From Guillardia theta CCMP2712 (Eukaryota; Protista; Cryptophyta), in assembly GCF_000315625.1 (NCBI RefSeq), contig NW_005434673.1:1168099-1232098 (forward strand): a DNA stretch of 64,000 nt, given 5' to 3'. Under the pieces are notes generated by a model. The model was not told where the DNA came from. It made no database searches and saw nothing but the letters and a program-made list of their open reading frames with translations. The number at the start of each line of letters is the position of its first letter. The stretch's first letter is position 1. This document shows, in pieces, positions 27,006 through 39,160 of the stretch. Position numbers and translations under genes: made by a program.

Positions 27006-28564
27006 ATGGCTGCTATTCATTTTCTTCACAAGTCCATCCTGCTCCTGCTCGTACTCCTAGTCCAACCCGCCGATACTTTCTCCACGTCCACTCCTCCTCG
27101 TGCTCCTCCCCTTCCCGGTCTTCTACCCAGGCACATCTCTCAGCGCAAGGCTGCTGGAAGCATGCAAGGAGCCAGGTCGACCTCCTTCTAACGGTCCCTT
27201 GCTCGTAACGTCCATGATGGGAACAGAATGCAGACGAGTGCGCGAGGAGCTGCCGCGTTGCAGCCCCACCTGGTGGGGAAGAGAGTTCTAGGACTTGGCG
27301 TCGCTGCCGTGGACTTCATCGCAACCGTCGATCACTTCCCTCAGGTAGATGACGCGTCCTCGTGCTGGAGCCATTGTGAATGGTTCCCTCCCAGCCGGAC
27401 GACAAGATTCGGAGCACGAGCTTCTCGATGCAAGGAGGAGGGAACTGCGCCAACACGCTGACGTGCGTGAGGAGGCTGGGGGTGGAGGCTATACTCGCAA
27501 CCAAGCTGGGAAAGGACGCCAACGGGAACTCCATTATCTCTGAGCTCAATGACGACGGCGTCTCAACCTCCTTGTGCATCTGCAAGGAAGGACTTGACTC
27601 GTACGTGACTCAACCCGTTGCCCTCTCCATCCCCTCCCATCCCTCCCCTTCTCTCCCCTTCTCTCCCTTCTCTCTCCTTCTCTCCCCTTCTCTTCCTTCT
27701 CTCCCTTCTCTGCCCTCCCTAATCCCTACTCTCCCATTCTTTCCGTACCATTCATACCCCTGTTGCATTGACATCCCCTCAACCTCATCATCACCGCCTC
27801 GATCTCCTTTTGTCTCCCTTTCTCCTTCTGTATCCTCTCCTCTCGCTCGCTCCTTATCTTACAACAGGCCCTTCACCTACATCATCGTAGACGACGCTAC
27901 TCACACCCGCACCTGCATCCACACGCCGATCCAGGAGGAGCTGCTGGAGGAAGAGGTAGCAGCTGAGTGGCTTGACGGAGTCTCCCTCCTCCACCTCGAC
28001 AGCCGCAACACCCGCGCATCGATCAAACTCGCCAAGTTGGCGAGGGAGCGCAGCATCCCCGTCGTCTTGGACGCAGAGAAGGACAGGCCGTACATGCGCG
28101 AGCTCCTGCCCCTCGCCGATGTCATAGTCACCAACTCCAAGTACCCCCTCGTCTTCGACTCTGCCGGGTTCGTCCAGGGCATGCAAGCTCTCCTCCAGCT
28201 GGGGTCGGCAAAGATGATCATCTCCACGCAGGGCGACCGGGGTTGCACTGCTCTGGTGCGCGGAGAGGACGGAGGGGGAGCGTACGAGAAGATCACGACT
28301 GAGCACATGCTCGTGAGCGGAGAGCCGTGTACTGTCTACACTTGTCCTGCGCTGCGGGTGGAGGAAGTGGTTGACACTACAGGAGCAGGAGACAGCTTCA
28401 TCGGGGGCGTGATCTATGGGGTCCTCAATGATTGGAAGATAGACAGGATCTTGATGTTCGCTTCCTACGTAGCCAGCAGGAAGATCCAAGGACGAGGGGC
28501 AAGGGAGGGGATCCCACGATGGGAAGATATACCCGAGGCGGTAAAAAGTGGTATCCAGGAGTGA
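27006..28564 (+). CDS. PfkB/ribokinase-family carbohydrate kinase with a bipartite plastid presequence (ADT/F)
   Basis: VLGLGVAAVDF, GGGNCANT, VVLDAE and the PfkB signature DTTGAGDSFIGG; signal peptide MAAIHFLHKSILLLLVLLVQPADT-FST. Confidence 0.92.
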
Positions 28565-28664
28565 TGAAAGTTTTTGCTACTCATGAACTGCATCTCTGTT
28601 ATCGCTAAGAGTTTTCATTACCACCTCATGTACTACACGTTGGCACATTCTAGTGCGAATGAGT

Positions 28665-31600
28665 TCATGCACGAGGATCAGGACGAGGGCATGGCTTGCA
28701 GTTCCAGATCTTGGTGGCGTACTCATCGATGGTACGATCAGTAGAGAAGAATCCCATCCCTGAAACAGCGTTGAGGCACTTGCGAGCCCAGGACTTCTTG
28801 TCCTTGTAAGCAGCATCGACCTTCTCCTGTTATCAAGACCGTCAGAAACAGTGAGAGTCCAAAGATATTTAACAGCACCTGGCAATCGATGTAGGCGGGG
28901 AAGTCGTGAGCAAGGAGATAACGATCACGTCCCTTCTCAATGCTGTTAAGCACAGGCTCAAAATCGACAGGGTTGCCGAAGTGGCCAGAGCGGATCATGT
29001 TCACGACATTGACGAGGCGGTGGTCCCAAGGGGCTCCCTAATCCACGAGTACTTAGCATGGGCTTTTCGGTGAAGACTGTACATCTTTACCTCAATCATG
29101 CGCCGGGTAGCATCAGCAATCTCGTGACACTTAGCTCCAAAGATGAAGATGTTCTCCTCTCCGACGTTCTCCTTGATCTCGATGTTGGCACCGTCATCAG
29201 TGCCGATGATGATACCTGTATCCCGTCTTAGTTGGAGATGAGCTACGCGCTTGAGGGGTGGAAATTACCTCCATTCATCACAAACTTCATGTTGGAGGTT
29301 CCTGAAGCCTCGGTACCGGCAGTGGAGATGTGCTCGGAGATGTCGTTGGCTGGGATGATGATCTGTGCATTTCCAACCTGCAATCATTCTCAGCCTGACC
29401 TCAAGGGAAACAGTTTGTCGACCTTGTAGTTGGGGATAAATACGAGCTTCAAGTACTGATTGGTGTCCGGATCAGAGTTGATGACACGTCCAACAGCGTT
29501 GGCAAGGGCGATGATCTTCTTTGCAATGAAATATCCGGCAGCAGCCTTTCCGCCAATGAAGCAGGTACGGGCCTGAACATTCTGCCTCTGCGCAGGGCTC
29601 ATCTTCTTGAGCTCGGAGTAGCGGTGGATGATTCCAAGAACGTTCAAGAGCTGCCTCTTGTACTCATGGATGCGCTTGACTTGAATGTCGAAGAGGGTGT
29701 TGGTGTCAACATCAACGTCAAGATGCTCCTTCACATAAGCAGCAAGGCGCTTCTTGTTCTCCAGCTTGGCAGCCATGACTTCATCGAGAACCTTGTCGTC
29801 ATTTGCGAACTTCTTGAGCCCATCGAGAAGGCTGAGATCGCGAACCCACTTGTCGCTGCCGAGGCACTTGGTGATTACGGTTGACAGGGCAGGGTTGCAC
29901 TGCAAAACAATGGCTCAGGAACAAGTCATGATTCTTCAAATAAGTACCTGTGCCATCCAGCGACGGCAGGTCACACCATTGGTGATTCCGATGAACTTGT
30001 CATTGATTCCCTTGCGCTTGTAGTACTCAACGAATTGAGGGAAGACATCGGATTTGACGATCTCGGCGTGAATGGCAGCAACACCATTGACCTTCTGAGA
30101 TCCGATGATGGCGAGATGAGCCATGCGGATCATCTTGTACTCTCCATCGCCTTCGATGACGGAGAGCTTGGAGATCATGTTGCCATCATCACCGAAGACC
30201 TCACGGACCTATGAAGCAATCAATCATTGTTGTCAATCCAGCGAATTTAGTACCTCGTTGATCCATCGGCGGTTGATCTCAAAAATGATCTCAGTGATAC
30301 GTGGAAGGAGATTCTGCATGAGGGTGACAGGCCACTTCTCGAGAGCTTCAGGAAGAACAGTGTGATTGGTGTAGGCAAACACTTTGCAAACAATGGACCT
30401 GTAAGACAAATCAGTGCGCTTGACTCAAACATAGTGAGAATATTCACCAGGCGAGAGTCCATCCAAGCTTGAAATTGTCCATCAGAAGTCGCATCAACTC
30501 AGCAACACCGATGGATGGATGGGTGTCGTTCAACTGGATGGCAACCTTCTCAGGAAGCTCCTCCCAGCTTCTTCCAGGCTTGGCAGCCACAAAGGTTTGC
30601 AAAACATCCTGACAGAAACATTCAGAGGAGAAAATTGCCTTGATGCGTGAACATATACCTGAAGGGTAGCTGACACAAAGAAGTACTGCTGCTTCAAACG
30701 AAGCTCCTTTCCAGCGTAGTTGTTGTCATTGGGATAGAGAACTTGGGTGATTTCGAGAGCACGCTGACGAGCGGCAAGGGCAGCGTTGTAGTCACCCTCA
30801 TTGAACTTGCTCAGGTCGATATCCTGATCAGGCATAGCAGACCACAGCCTCAAGGAGTTGGTGTTGAGGGTGTCGTAGCTAGAAGAAAACGATCAGATCG
30901 AAGATGCAAAAGGAGGCATGGAATACCCGGGGATGGGGACATCGTAGGCCACAGCCATGACTTTCTCCGACCCATAGAAATTGACAGCGTATTTCACATC
31001 CAATCTCTGGATTTCCCAAGGATTTCCCTTGGTGAGCCAGGTATCGGGGTATTCAACCTGGATTCCATCCTTGATGCGCTGCTCGAACATACCGTGTTCA
31101 TAACGAATTCCATAGCCCCAAGCGGGAAGGTTCAAAGTGGCCATAGAGTCCAAGAAGCAAGCAGCAAGACGACCGAGACCTCCGTTTCCAAGGGCTGCAT
31201 CCTTCTCCTGCTCAACAAGATCCTGAAGGCAAAAGCATCACTTACTCAACCTTGGGAAGGCAAGCATCTCGCACCTCGAGCTTGAATCCAATCTCCTCAA
31301 GAGCCTCCTTGTATGGCTTCTGAAGATCAAGGTTCATCAACGAGTTCAAGAGGGATCTTCCCATCAAGAACTCGAGGGACAGGTAGTAAACCCTCTTGGG
31401 GTCTTGCTTGAGGTAGTGAGCCTTGGTGTCACGCAACGACTCAACCAAGTAATCTCTGACGGAAAGAGCAACAGACTGATAGGCCGTGTGCTCATCGAAG
31501 TTGTATCGGTCAGTAGCAAGAGTGTGCTCAGCATGGTGTACCACAGACCTAGGAAATCAAGACGTCAGCTAGATCCTTACCATAAGAAATATAACAAAAG

Positions 31601-32053
31601 CGCAACCCACTTTTGGATGCTTGTTTTGTCAGCGGGCTTGTAGGTCGAAGAAATAGACCAGATCTTCTCCTTGACAGGGTCCTTGGTACCCGGGCCCGGC
31701 CTCTTGATGGAGGGATTGCTCAAGTCCTGTGTTGCAGACAGCACAGTCAGTATGGGTTGAAGATATCGCCATGTTACAGAGACGTACGAATATCTTTAGA
31801 AAGGTCAAGAACGAAGTGGGAGTTCAATCATTTGAAGCATGAGAGGGGGGAAAGGGGATACTACACTGCGATTCCAATTTAAGGAGTTGGCCAACTTTAC
31901 CTGCTGAGAAGCAGATCTTGTCATCATGGGGATTTCTTCCCCACCTCTCAGCCGGAGATTGTTGAAGAAACGTGTTGGTGCAGGAGAGAGCCGAGCCGCG
32001 TCGGCGCATGCTAAGGCAGCTAGCGCGACTACCGCCGCCGCTCGCATGCCCAT
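28665..32053 (-). CDS. Alpha-glucan (starch/glycogen) phosphorylase, GT35, with signal peptide + LRLRGG presequence
   Basis: [98 protein letters not shown]; N-terminus [22 protein letters not shown]...LRLRGG. Confidence 0.95.
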
Positions 32054-33344
32054 CGCTTGAACTTGCAAAGCCCGCAACCCCCACCCCCTCAAATCCATAG
32101 ATGTACCCACCTCCACCCATCTCCTCGTGAGCACCCCTACCCACGTGCGACTGTCCGCCCCACTACCCGTTGACATACCCTTGAGAGAACTGGTACTTTG
32201 CTAGTGTCATGGCTGACAGCACGGGTCCTTGTAGTGTAACAGGCTTATGGTGGCCCACCCCCACCCACCATGTAACATGTTGACCCCCCAGGAACACAGA
32301 ATCCTTTACGGCCACCCCCTTGCGTCCCGCGGGGTCGTGGGCGTAGATTACCCCCACCCCCTACAGATCAACAAAAAAAATGGAAAAGGTTAGTCTGTTG
32401 GTGGGTAGGGTGAGTTACTAACTGCACTTAGGGTGGGTCTCAGGTCAGTCGCTACGAGGGACGCATCGGAGGTAGACGGGGTAGGGGTGAATAGAAACAA
32501 AGGGGTGTTAAGGGTCCTTGATGAAGAGGACGGGGGTAGGACAGGCAAGCATGTCTCGAAAGGGGGGTACAGACTCTATGATGAAAAAGGGAAAAGGAAG
32601 GGTGAGAAAATGTAGGTAAGAGGTCATACTACCGTCATGATGCAGAGGAATGAGTAGTAAGGAGGGTAGGGTAGTTGCAGCTGCCCACAGGAATGCATCA
32701 CAGTCAGGTGAAGGGGTAGGGTGAGATCTGGCACAGATTCTAAAAATTGCAATTTTTTAATTGTACCATAAACACAAAATGCTACGAAGGGGGATGGTCT
32801 ACATATCTATTTATCAATAGTTAAATTACTTTTTGTGTATTAGAGTATTGCACTTGGAATATAAATGGAAGTTTTTGTAACATTGTATTGTGATTTTGTA
32901 AACAAAACTTTATAATTAAAAGTTATAGTAGCATTTGTAGGAAAACAGTATATCTATATAAGACTGCTTGCCACCTCCTGGGTTTCAGGATCATCGCGTT
33001 CAATTTCTGTATTATTATGATTTTCAAAATCAATAAAACAAATTCGAAATATATTCCTGAAAACAAAAAAGAAAGTATCGGACTCGTGAATGGAGATCGG
33101 CACTACCCCCTGACATCGATTTCGACTACCCCCAAAACTTCAAGGATTCGATGGGGTGCGGGTACGTATCTTTTAGGTCCTGTTGAGGGGTCGCAACCAC
33201 CAAATCCCTGTACAGGGCAGAATCACCCCACCCATCATTCTGAACTACACTTTAAGGGCAAGGAAGGGGTAGTCACAGTATACATGGGAGGCACATGGAG
33301 GCTTGCAGGGACAACTTCGGCAAAAATACGAACGACCCCCCGAC

Positions 33345-34430
33345 AAGTGGTCGGGTCACACCGGGGCCGTACCCTTGCCGGGAACTTGGCCTGAGTCTCT
33401 CGGAGCGACCGGCCCCGCTCGGACCGTACGGCGCGTGTCAGCCGCCCGGCCCGGGCCCCGGCCGCCGGGCCCGGCGCCGCCGCCCAGTGAGCCCAGGCTC
33501 CGGGAGTCCGTCCGTCACCGTCCGCCCGGCCCGGCCCGGGCGGCGTGTCGGACCGTATCATGTCAGACCGTGGGCCACGGCGGCGTGACGGTGCCACGGT
33601 GATCCGCCGGGGACCCGCGGCGCGGCGCGGCGGCTGCCGGCGCCGGGACGGCACGGTGCCACGGTGACTCTGTGACGGACCCGGCGGCGGCGTTCAAGGG
33701 CCCGGCCCGCCCCGGGCCCGCCGCCGGGGCCGGGGGGGCGGGGGCCCCGGGGCGGCCGCCGAGCCTTCCGAAGTTCCCGGTCACTGCCGGCCCGGGCCGC
33801 TGGCTGATTCAGGCTCGGACCGTCACTGCGGCGCCGGCCGCCTACGGTCATCGGGGAGTCGGAAAGAATGAGCACTGCGGCGGACTGTTCCCGGACACTC
33901 GCCTGTACCTTCAAAGTTTGCCAGTAAGATTTACTAAGTTGAAAACGTCCGACTGATGATCCGATCCCGGCAAGCCTAACCGTTAAGTTAGCCGGCGCCG
34001 GCTGCCAGCGGCAACAGTGCCAGGCCCTTACTGGTAGGCTCCCTGAAACCGAAACTTGCCACTGAGGTGACCGTAGGCTTAAGTCGTTCCCCGGCGCCGG
34101 AAGCCCGGCTCGGTACGATTACTAGACCTGACCGTCACTGAGTGACCATCGGACCCGGTGACCCGCCGTGAACATCGGACGGGCCGCCCCGGGCCGCCGC
34201 CGCCCGCCGCCAGGCGGCCCGCGGCCGCCGTGACCGTCACTGCAGAGTGTCGCCGTGACTGGAAGACCGTACGGTACCATTGACAGTGATCGGACTGACC
34301 GTCCCGGTCCGCGGCTGCCCTCGGCCACCGTACGGTGACTCTGTGAGTGTAACTTCTCAGTCACCGTAGTAGTAAGCGGCCGCTGAACCGGGCCCGGCCC
34401 TGAGTTCAAACTGAGCCTCAGTCACTGGCC
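33345..34430. repeat. GC-rich non-coding island
   Basis: Same palindromic-word-rich composition as 24745-25460. Confidence 0.6.
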
Positions 34431-34451
34431 ATCTCGATCAGATCACAGGCC

Positions 34452-35354
34452 CTAAAACCTGTCCAGCATATCATCAAGCCTGGACTGGTACCTCTTCTTG
34501 GTGTCCTCGTCGTCTGAGCTGAAATGGAAACCAAACACCCTCTTGAAAGTCTCGATATCTATCTGCGGCAGGCAATGAAGTTACTAGGCTCTCATGCTTC
34601 GCTCTTCTCTCCTCCGAGTACGGTTCCCGACCCCCGCCAATCCCCCCCCCCGACCTCTAGAGTCCCGGACCGTACTCCCTCCCCTCTTCCTTCGAGTCAG
34701 TCGCGGCCTTACTTGGTCGAAGTCCGACTCCCTTCTCGCAAGCCCCACCGACGCCTTGAGGTTCTCGAGATGCTGGACCTCAGGACATAAGGTCTTGAGG
34801 TTCTCCTCGATGTCGTGGAGGGTGACCTTGCCGTTGCGGTAGGAGGGGAAGCGTTTGAAGATGGCCGACATGCTGTCTTGTCCCCGAAAAGAGGTTTGCT
34901 TGGAAATGCTTGCTTGCTTTGATAAGCCGTGGTTGGTAATGCTTGCTTGCTTTGATAAGCCGTGGTTGGAAATACTTGCTTGCTTTGATAAGCCGTGGTT
35001 GGAAATACTTGCTTGCTTTGATAAGCCGTGGTTGGAAATACTTGGTTGCTTGGATAAGCCGTGATTGACAACACTTGGGTGTTTGGATAAGCCATGATGG
35101 GAAATACTTGGTTGCTTTGATAAGGCGTGTATGTTACTCATGCTGGCACTTTTATGCGCTTTGGGGGGCCGAGGCTTATTAGACAAATCGGAATCATTGG
35201 AATCTGTGCGCTGCAGGGAATCATGATTGTGATAATGCAACGTCGGATCAGAGCCTGAGCGCCTCAGGCGCGTCAAGTGCTTCGATGTTTCAAGATGCTC
35301 TTCGGGATCTCCCTGTGTAGGACAACAACCTAAGTAGGATTCTACTCCCCCCAT
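34452..35354 (-). CDS. Putative N-myristoylated protein with 11-aa tandem repeats and a degenerate EF-hand-like C-terminus
   Basis: MGGVESYLGCC N-terminus; (HGLSKQASISN)-like repeats; AIFKRFPSYRNGKVTLHDIEENL; one intron; ends LDDMLDRF*. Confidence 0.6.
34895..35125. repeat. 33-bp coding tandem repeat (~6-7 copies)
   Basis: GATAAGCCGTGGTTGGAAATACTTGCTTGCTTT-type units read directly. Confidence 0.85.
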
Positions 35355-35619
35355 GCTCAATTTGTTTCACAAGTAAAAGTGACTTGGGAATGACAACACA
35401 GGAATACAGGGGACTAGGAGACTAGGTCCTACTGGGCTAGGACCCAGGTTTTCAAACCGATGACTCTCAGATATGCTCCGATCCCCGACTCCGGTCGTAC
35501 TAACTTAAGGCTACTACCTACCGTAGTAGGTGACTCTCAAATTTCGGAGGAACCGAGCCGTGAGGACAGCTGCAAAAAAAAAAGCCGCAGAAACTTGAAA
35601 TTGATATACCAGATATCAT

Positions 35620-36300
35620 CGAGTCAGGGTGGCACGGCGCTGGGAGCCTCATGCCGGGCCGGGCCACTGACCCCGGCCGGGTGAACCGTCTGACCAGTCC
35701 GGTCACTGCCCGGGCCAACTTAGTAGCCTACCGTAACTAGTACGCCGCCCCCCCAACGTCACGGTGACGGTGATCGGACGACCGTCCGGTGCGGCCCGGC
35801 CCGGCCGGGCCGCGGCCGCCGGGCCGCCGCCGGGCCGCCGCACTGCCGCGGCCGCACTAGGCGGCGGCGCCCGGCCGAGTGACTCCGACGCTCAGTGAGC
35901 GGCGGCTTTACTCAAAGTTAAGTTGAAAATCAGTGACGAGTCGGAGGACAATCAGGACTCGGAGTCTTCCGTAGAGGAGGCTTCAAGTTACCCCTGGACA
36001 GTACGGTCTGAGTGACTGACCATCGTGACTGTCGCACAGGCCGTACGGCGAGAAGACTCCCGGCTCCCGAAAGGTCGGAGCCTGAGACAGCGCGGCGAGA
36101 ACCAACCCTCATCATGCCTGCCGACTGCTGACGGCCCCCCCGAAACTTAACTGCCATGATACTTTCACAGTGACTTAATCGCGGCGCGCACTGGCAGGAC
36201 CATTCCCCCGCGCCATGCGGCCAGCGATGTCGCGGCGCTGTGCGGCCACCTCGACTGAGCGGGCAGCCACGCCGCCGGCCAACGGTCCGGGTTCCCCCAG
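35620..36300. repeat. GC-rich non-coding island
   Basis: Same composition class as the other islands. Confidence 0.55.
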
Positions 36301-36453
36301 TAGTATGATTTTATTTTGAAGTTTAGCAAGGATTTAAAAGCAAGATGATGCAAACCGAGCATCAAGAACAAGACTTCTATCATGATTCTGAGAAGTTTGA
36401 AAAACGAGCACTGCCGCGGCCCGCACGGTTGCAACCGCTCCGGGTAATGGCCT

Positions 36454-37833
36454 TTAGTCACTATCGTCGCGACGATATCCTCGGCCGCCGCCACCCCTGC
36501 CGCCCCTGCCGCCCCTGCCGCCCCTGCCGCCTCGTCCGCCTCTCCCACCACCTGAAAATGATTACAATTCCTCTGGTCGAACGATGGTTCAGGATAAGTC
36601 TATACCACGTCCACGGAAACCGCCACGTCCTCCGCCGTAGTCATTTCCTGCGGTATGATCAGTTCCTTTCTAATCCAGGTTTTGAGACAGATGCGCTCAG
36701 AATTGTGACAAAAAATACCTGGTTGACTGCAGTCACGAGATATGTGCCCTTCTTCGCCGCAACGAAAGCACTTTCTGTCTCCTCCTCCACCACCACCACC
36801 TCCTCCTCCTCCTTCCGGACATGCCTAATCAATAGCAAAGGCTCACAAAGCATGGGATTTAGTGTAGAAAATACCCGAGAAATATGCCCAAACTTTCCGC
36901 ACTATGCATAGGAGACAGACTGTGAGATATGAACTGATGATAGCAGTAGGAACCTGATAACACTTCCTGTCGTCTTTCCCTCCAGATTCCGGGCAATCGC
37001 GTGAGATATGCCCTTCTTGATTGCATCGGAAACATTTTATGGATCCGCCTGTCAAGAAACTTCAGGGGAATACAAAAAAATTTGCTTTTGAGAGTACGAT
37101 CGCGCTGATTTCCATCGGACCGACTCTGATCATCGTGTTCATCATCATGTCTGTTGGATTTGTTCGATTTGGACTTGCTTATGCCCATGGATGCCTATGC
37201 TGAACGTTGGTATATCTCTAACACACGAAAGCTGGCAGGGAAAATGAATCGACTAAATCACCTTCTTCTTGGCTGGACCATCATCTGAAATTCTTTCAGC
37301 AAACGAAGGAAATCTATGGAAACCCTTCAATTACCTTCGGAATCATCTTCCCCAGATCCAGATCCTTGCATATCCAATTCATCATCGTCGCTATTGTCGT
37401 CACTTTCAGCATTTTTCTTCTTGGTCTTTTTGGGGCCTTTGCCCTTTTTCTTTCCTTGATCGCTCTCTGACGAAGACATATCATTGTCAGAACCTCCTTC
37501 ATCGTCGTCGTCGTCGTCGTCGCCACCGCTAGTTACAAAATGTCAATGGAGCAAGATATGACGCCAATACAGTTCCAATGATTCTCACCTTACATCGTCA
37601 TCATCTTCATCGTCGTCGTCACTATCAGCTTTTTTGGGCCTGCCCAATCCACCCCTCAATCGCAGGCCCAACACGCTACCACGCAATGCTGTCGGAGCAA
37701 GTCTGTTCGTACGCGACAGATGGAGGGGCTGAAAGTCTTGGCTTATGCTTCCTGCAACGACGATAAAGAGCAACAAGATGGTAAGGGGGACAAGCGCCCC
37801 CCGCCGCATCCTTCCCGCTCCTGCCGGTGCCAT
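36454..37833 (-). CDS. CNBP-like CCHC zinc-knuckle/RGG RNA-binding protein with signal peptide + LRLRGG and an acidic tract
   Basis: Three knuckles (CFRCNQEGHISRDC, CYQCGKFGHISRAC after splicing, CFRCGEEGHISRDC), a C-terminal (GGR)n tract, and N-terminal LVPLTILLLFIVVAG...LGLRLRGG. Confidence 0.8.
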
Positions 37834-39160
37834 GGGACGGATCTTCTCTGTTATGCCGCAGGTAAACGGAACAGCAGGGTAGGTAGTGTGACATCTCACG
37901 TGGGGTGGTGCAGCCCGTGAATGATTTTGAGGGGGTAGGGGTACTATATTCTCAATGAATAGATAGAACCAGATCTCGTATATCATAATTGTAATCATAT
38001 AAAAAAAGGTACAAGTACCCCCACTTGTATCCAGTCGAAGGATTTGGATCAAACATTGGGTAGGGTACTCACTTTATGGGTAGGTAGAACGAAGCTTGGT
38101 GGGGGTCTGTGCGAGGGAATGCAGGGGAGCAAGTGTACCAGGAGGTTCAACAACATATTATTGTTAGTTTTATATTATTTCGTTTTTTAAGGCTAATCAC
38201 TCAAAATATTCCTTCAACTTTGGCAATTTTCTCTTTTCAGTTGAAAATCTTCATTGTGTAGCCTATTTCTTTAAAATCGAGCATATCAATAACAATTTAA
38301 ATTGTATTAGGCTGCTGAGGGTTTCAAAGGCTCTGTACCAACAACACAGCCATTCCGGTACAATTTAAAAATATTATTTTTATTATTTTTTTTAATAAAA
38401 AATCAAGATAGAAAGTTAAAAATCAGATTCGCCTCAGTTCAGAATGTAGCAAATTGGAAAAGACAGCAGCATCATATGGAAAGGGGTACTTCTAGCCATG
38501 ATTTCCTTGTTTTGGGTGGGGTGGTCATGGTCACATCCCTTGCTTGCAGCTTCTTTTTCTACCCCTACCCCTCGATACCCTTTAAAGAACCCCCACGGAT
38601 TACATTTATCAAGATTCGACATGGGTGGGTAAGATACAACAGGGGTGGGTACTCTATGACCCCTGTGTAACACCTTCTAAGACCTTTAATGTGGGGGAAA
38701 GGGGGTCAGGGGTACGACTTGGTGGTTCGATGCAAAGGGTGGGTCAAGGAAGTAATGCACATCTTAGTATGTGTAAGGGAAGAAGCTTCGCTCTAACAAG
38801 TGTAGCTGTATTGGCCCAGTCTTGGAGTGTAAGTGGGTAATGAGAGGAGGGAAAGAGCCAAGGAAGCATTATTCCGATGAGGAATGAGTGGTGGTTCAAC
38901 ACCAAGGTAGTTAAGACAAGGAGAGGTGGTCAAGATATGGAGCTATAGGGAAAGATCATTTTCGGAGGTGATGTAAATCGAAGTCGCGGCAATTTTTGTA
39001 GTGATAGCAAGCCTCAAGCATAATGTTCTATGTGCCATGCGGTTCTCTAACACATGATTTTATTGGTGAAGGATTCCATGTGAACAATTGCAGTTTATCA
39101 TGGTTCTCGTCAAGTGATGTCTCTATCGACATGTTGTGATCGTGTGTTGTTCACATTGAC

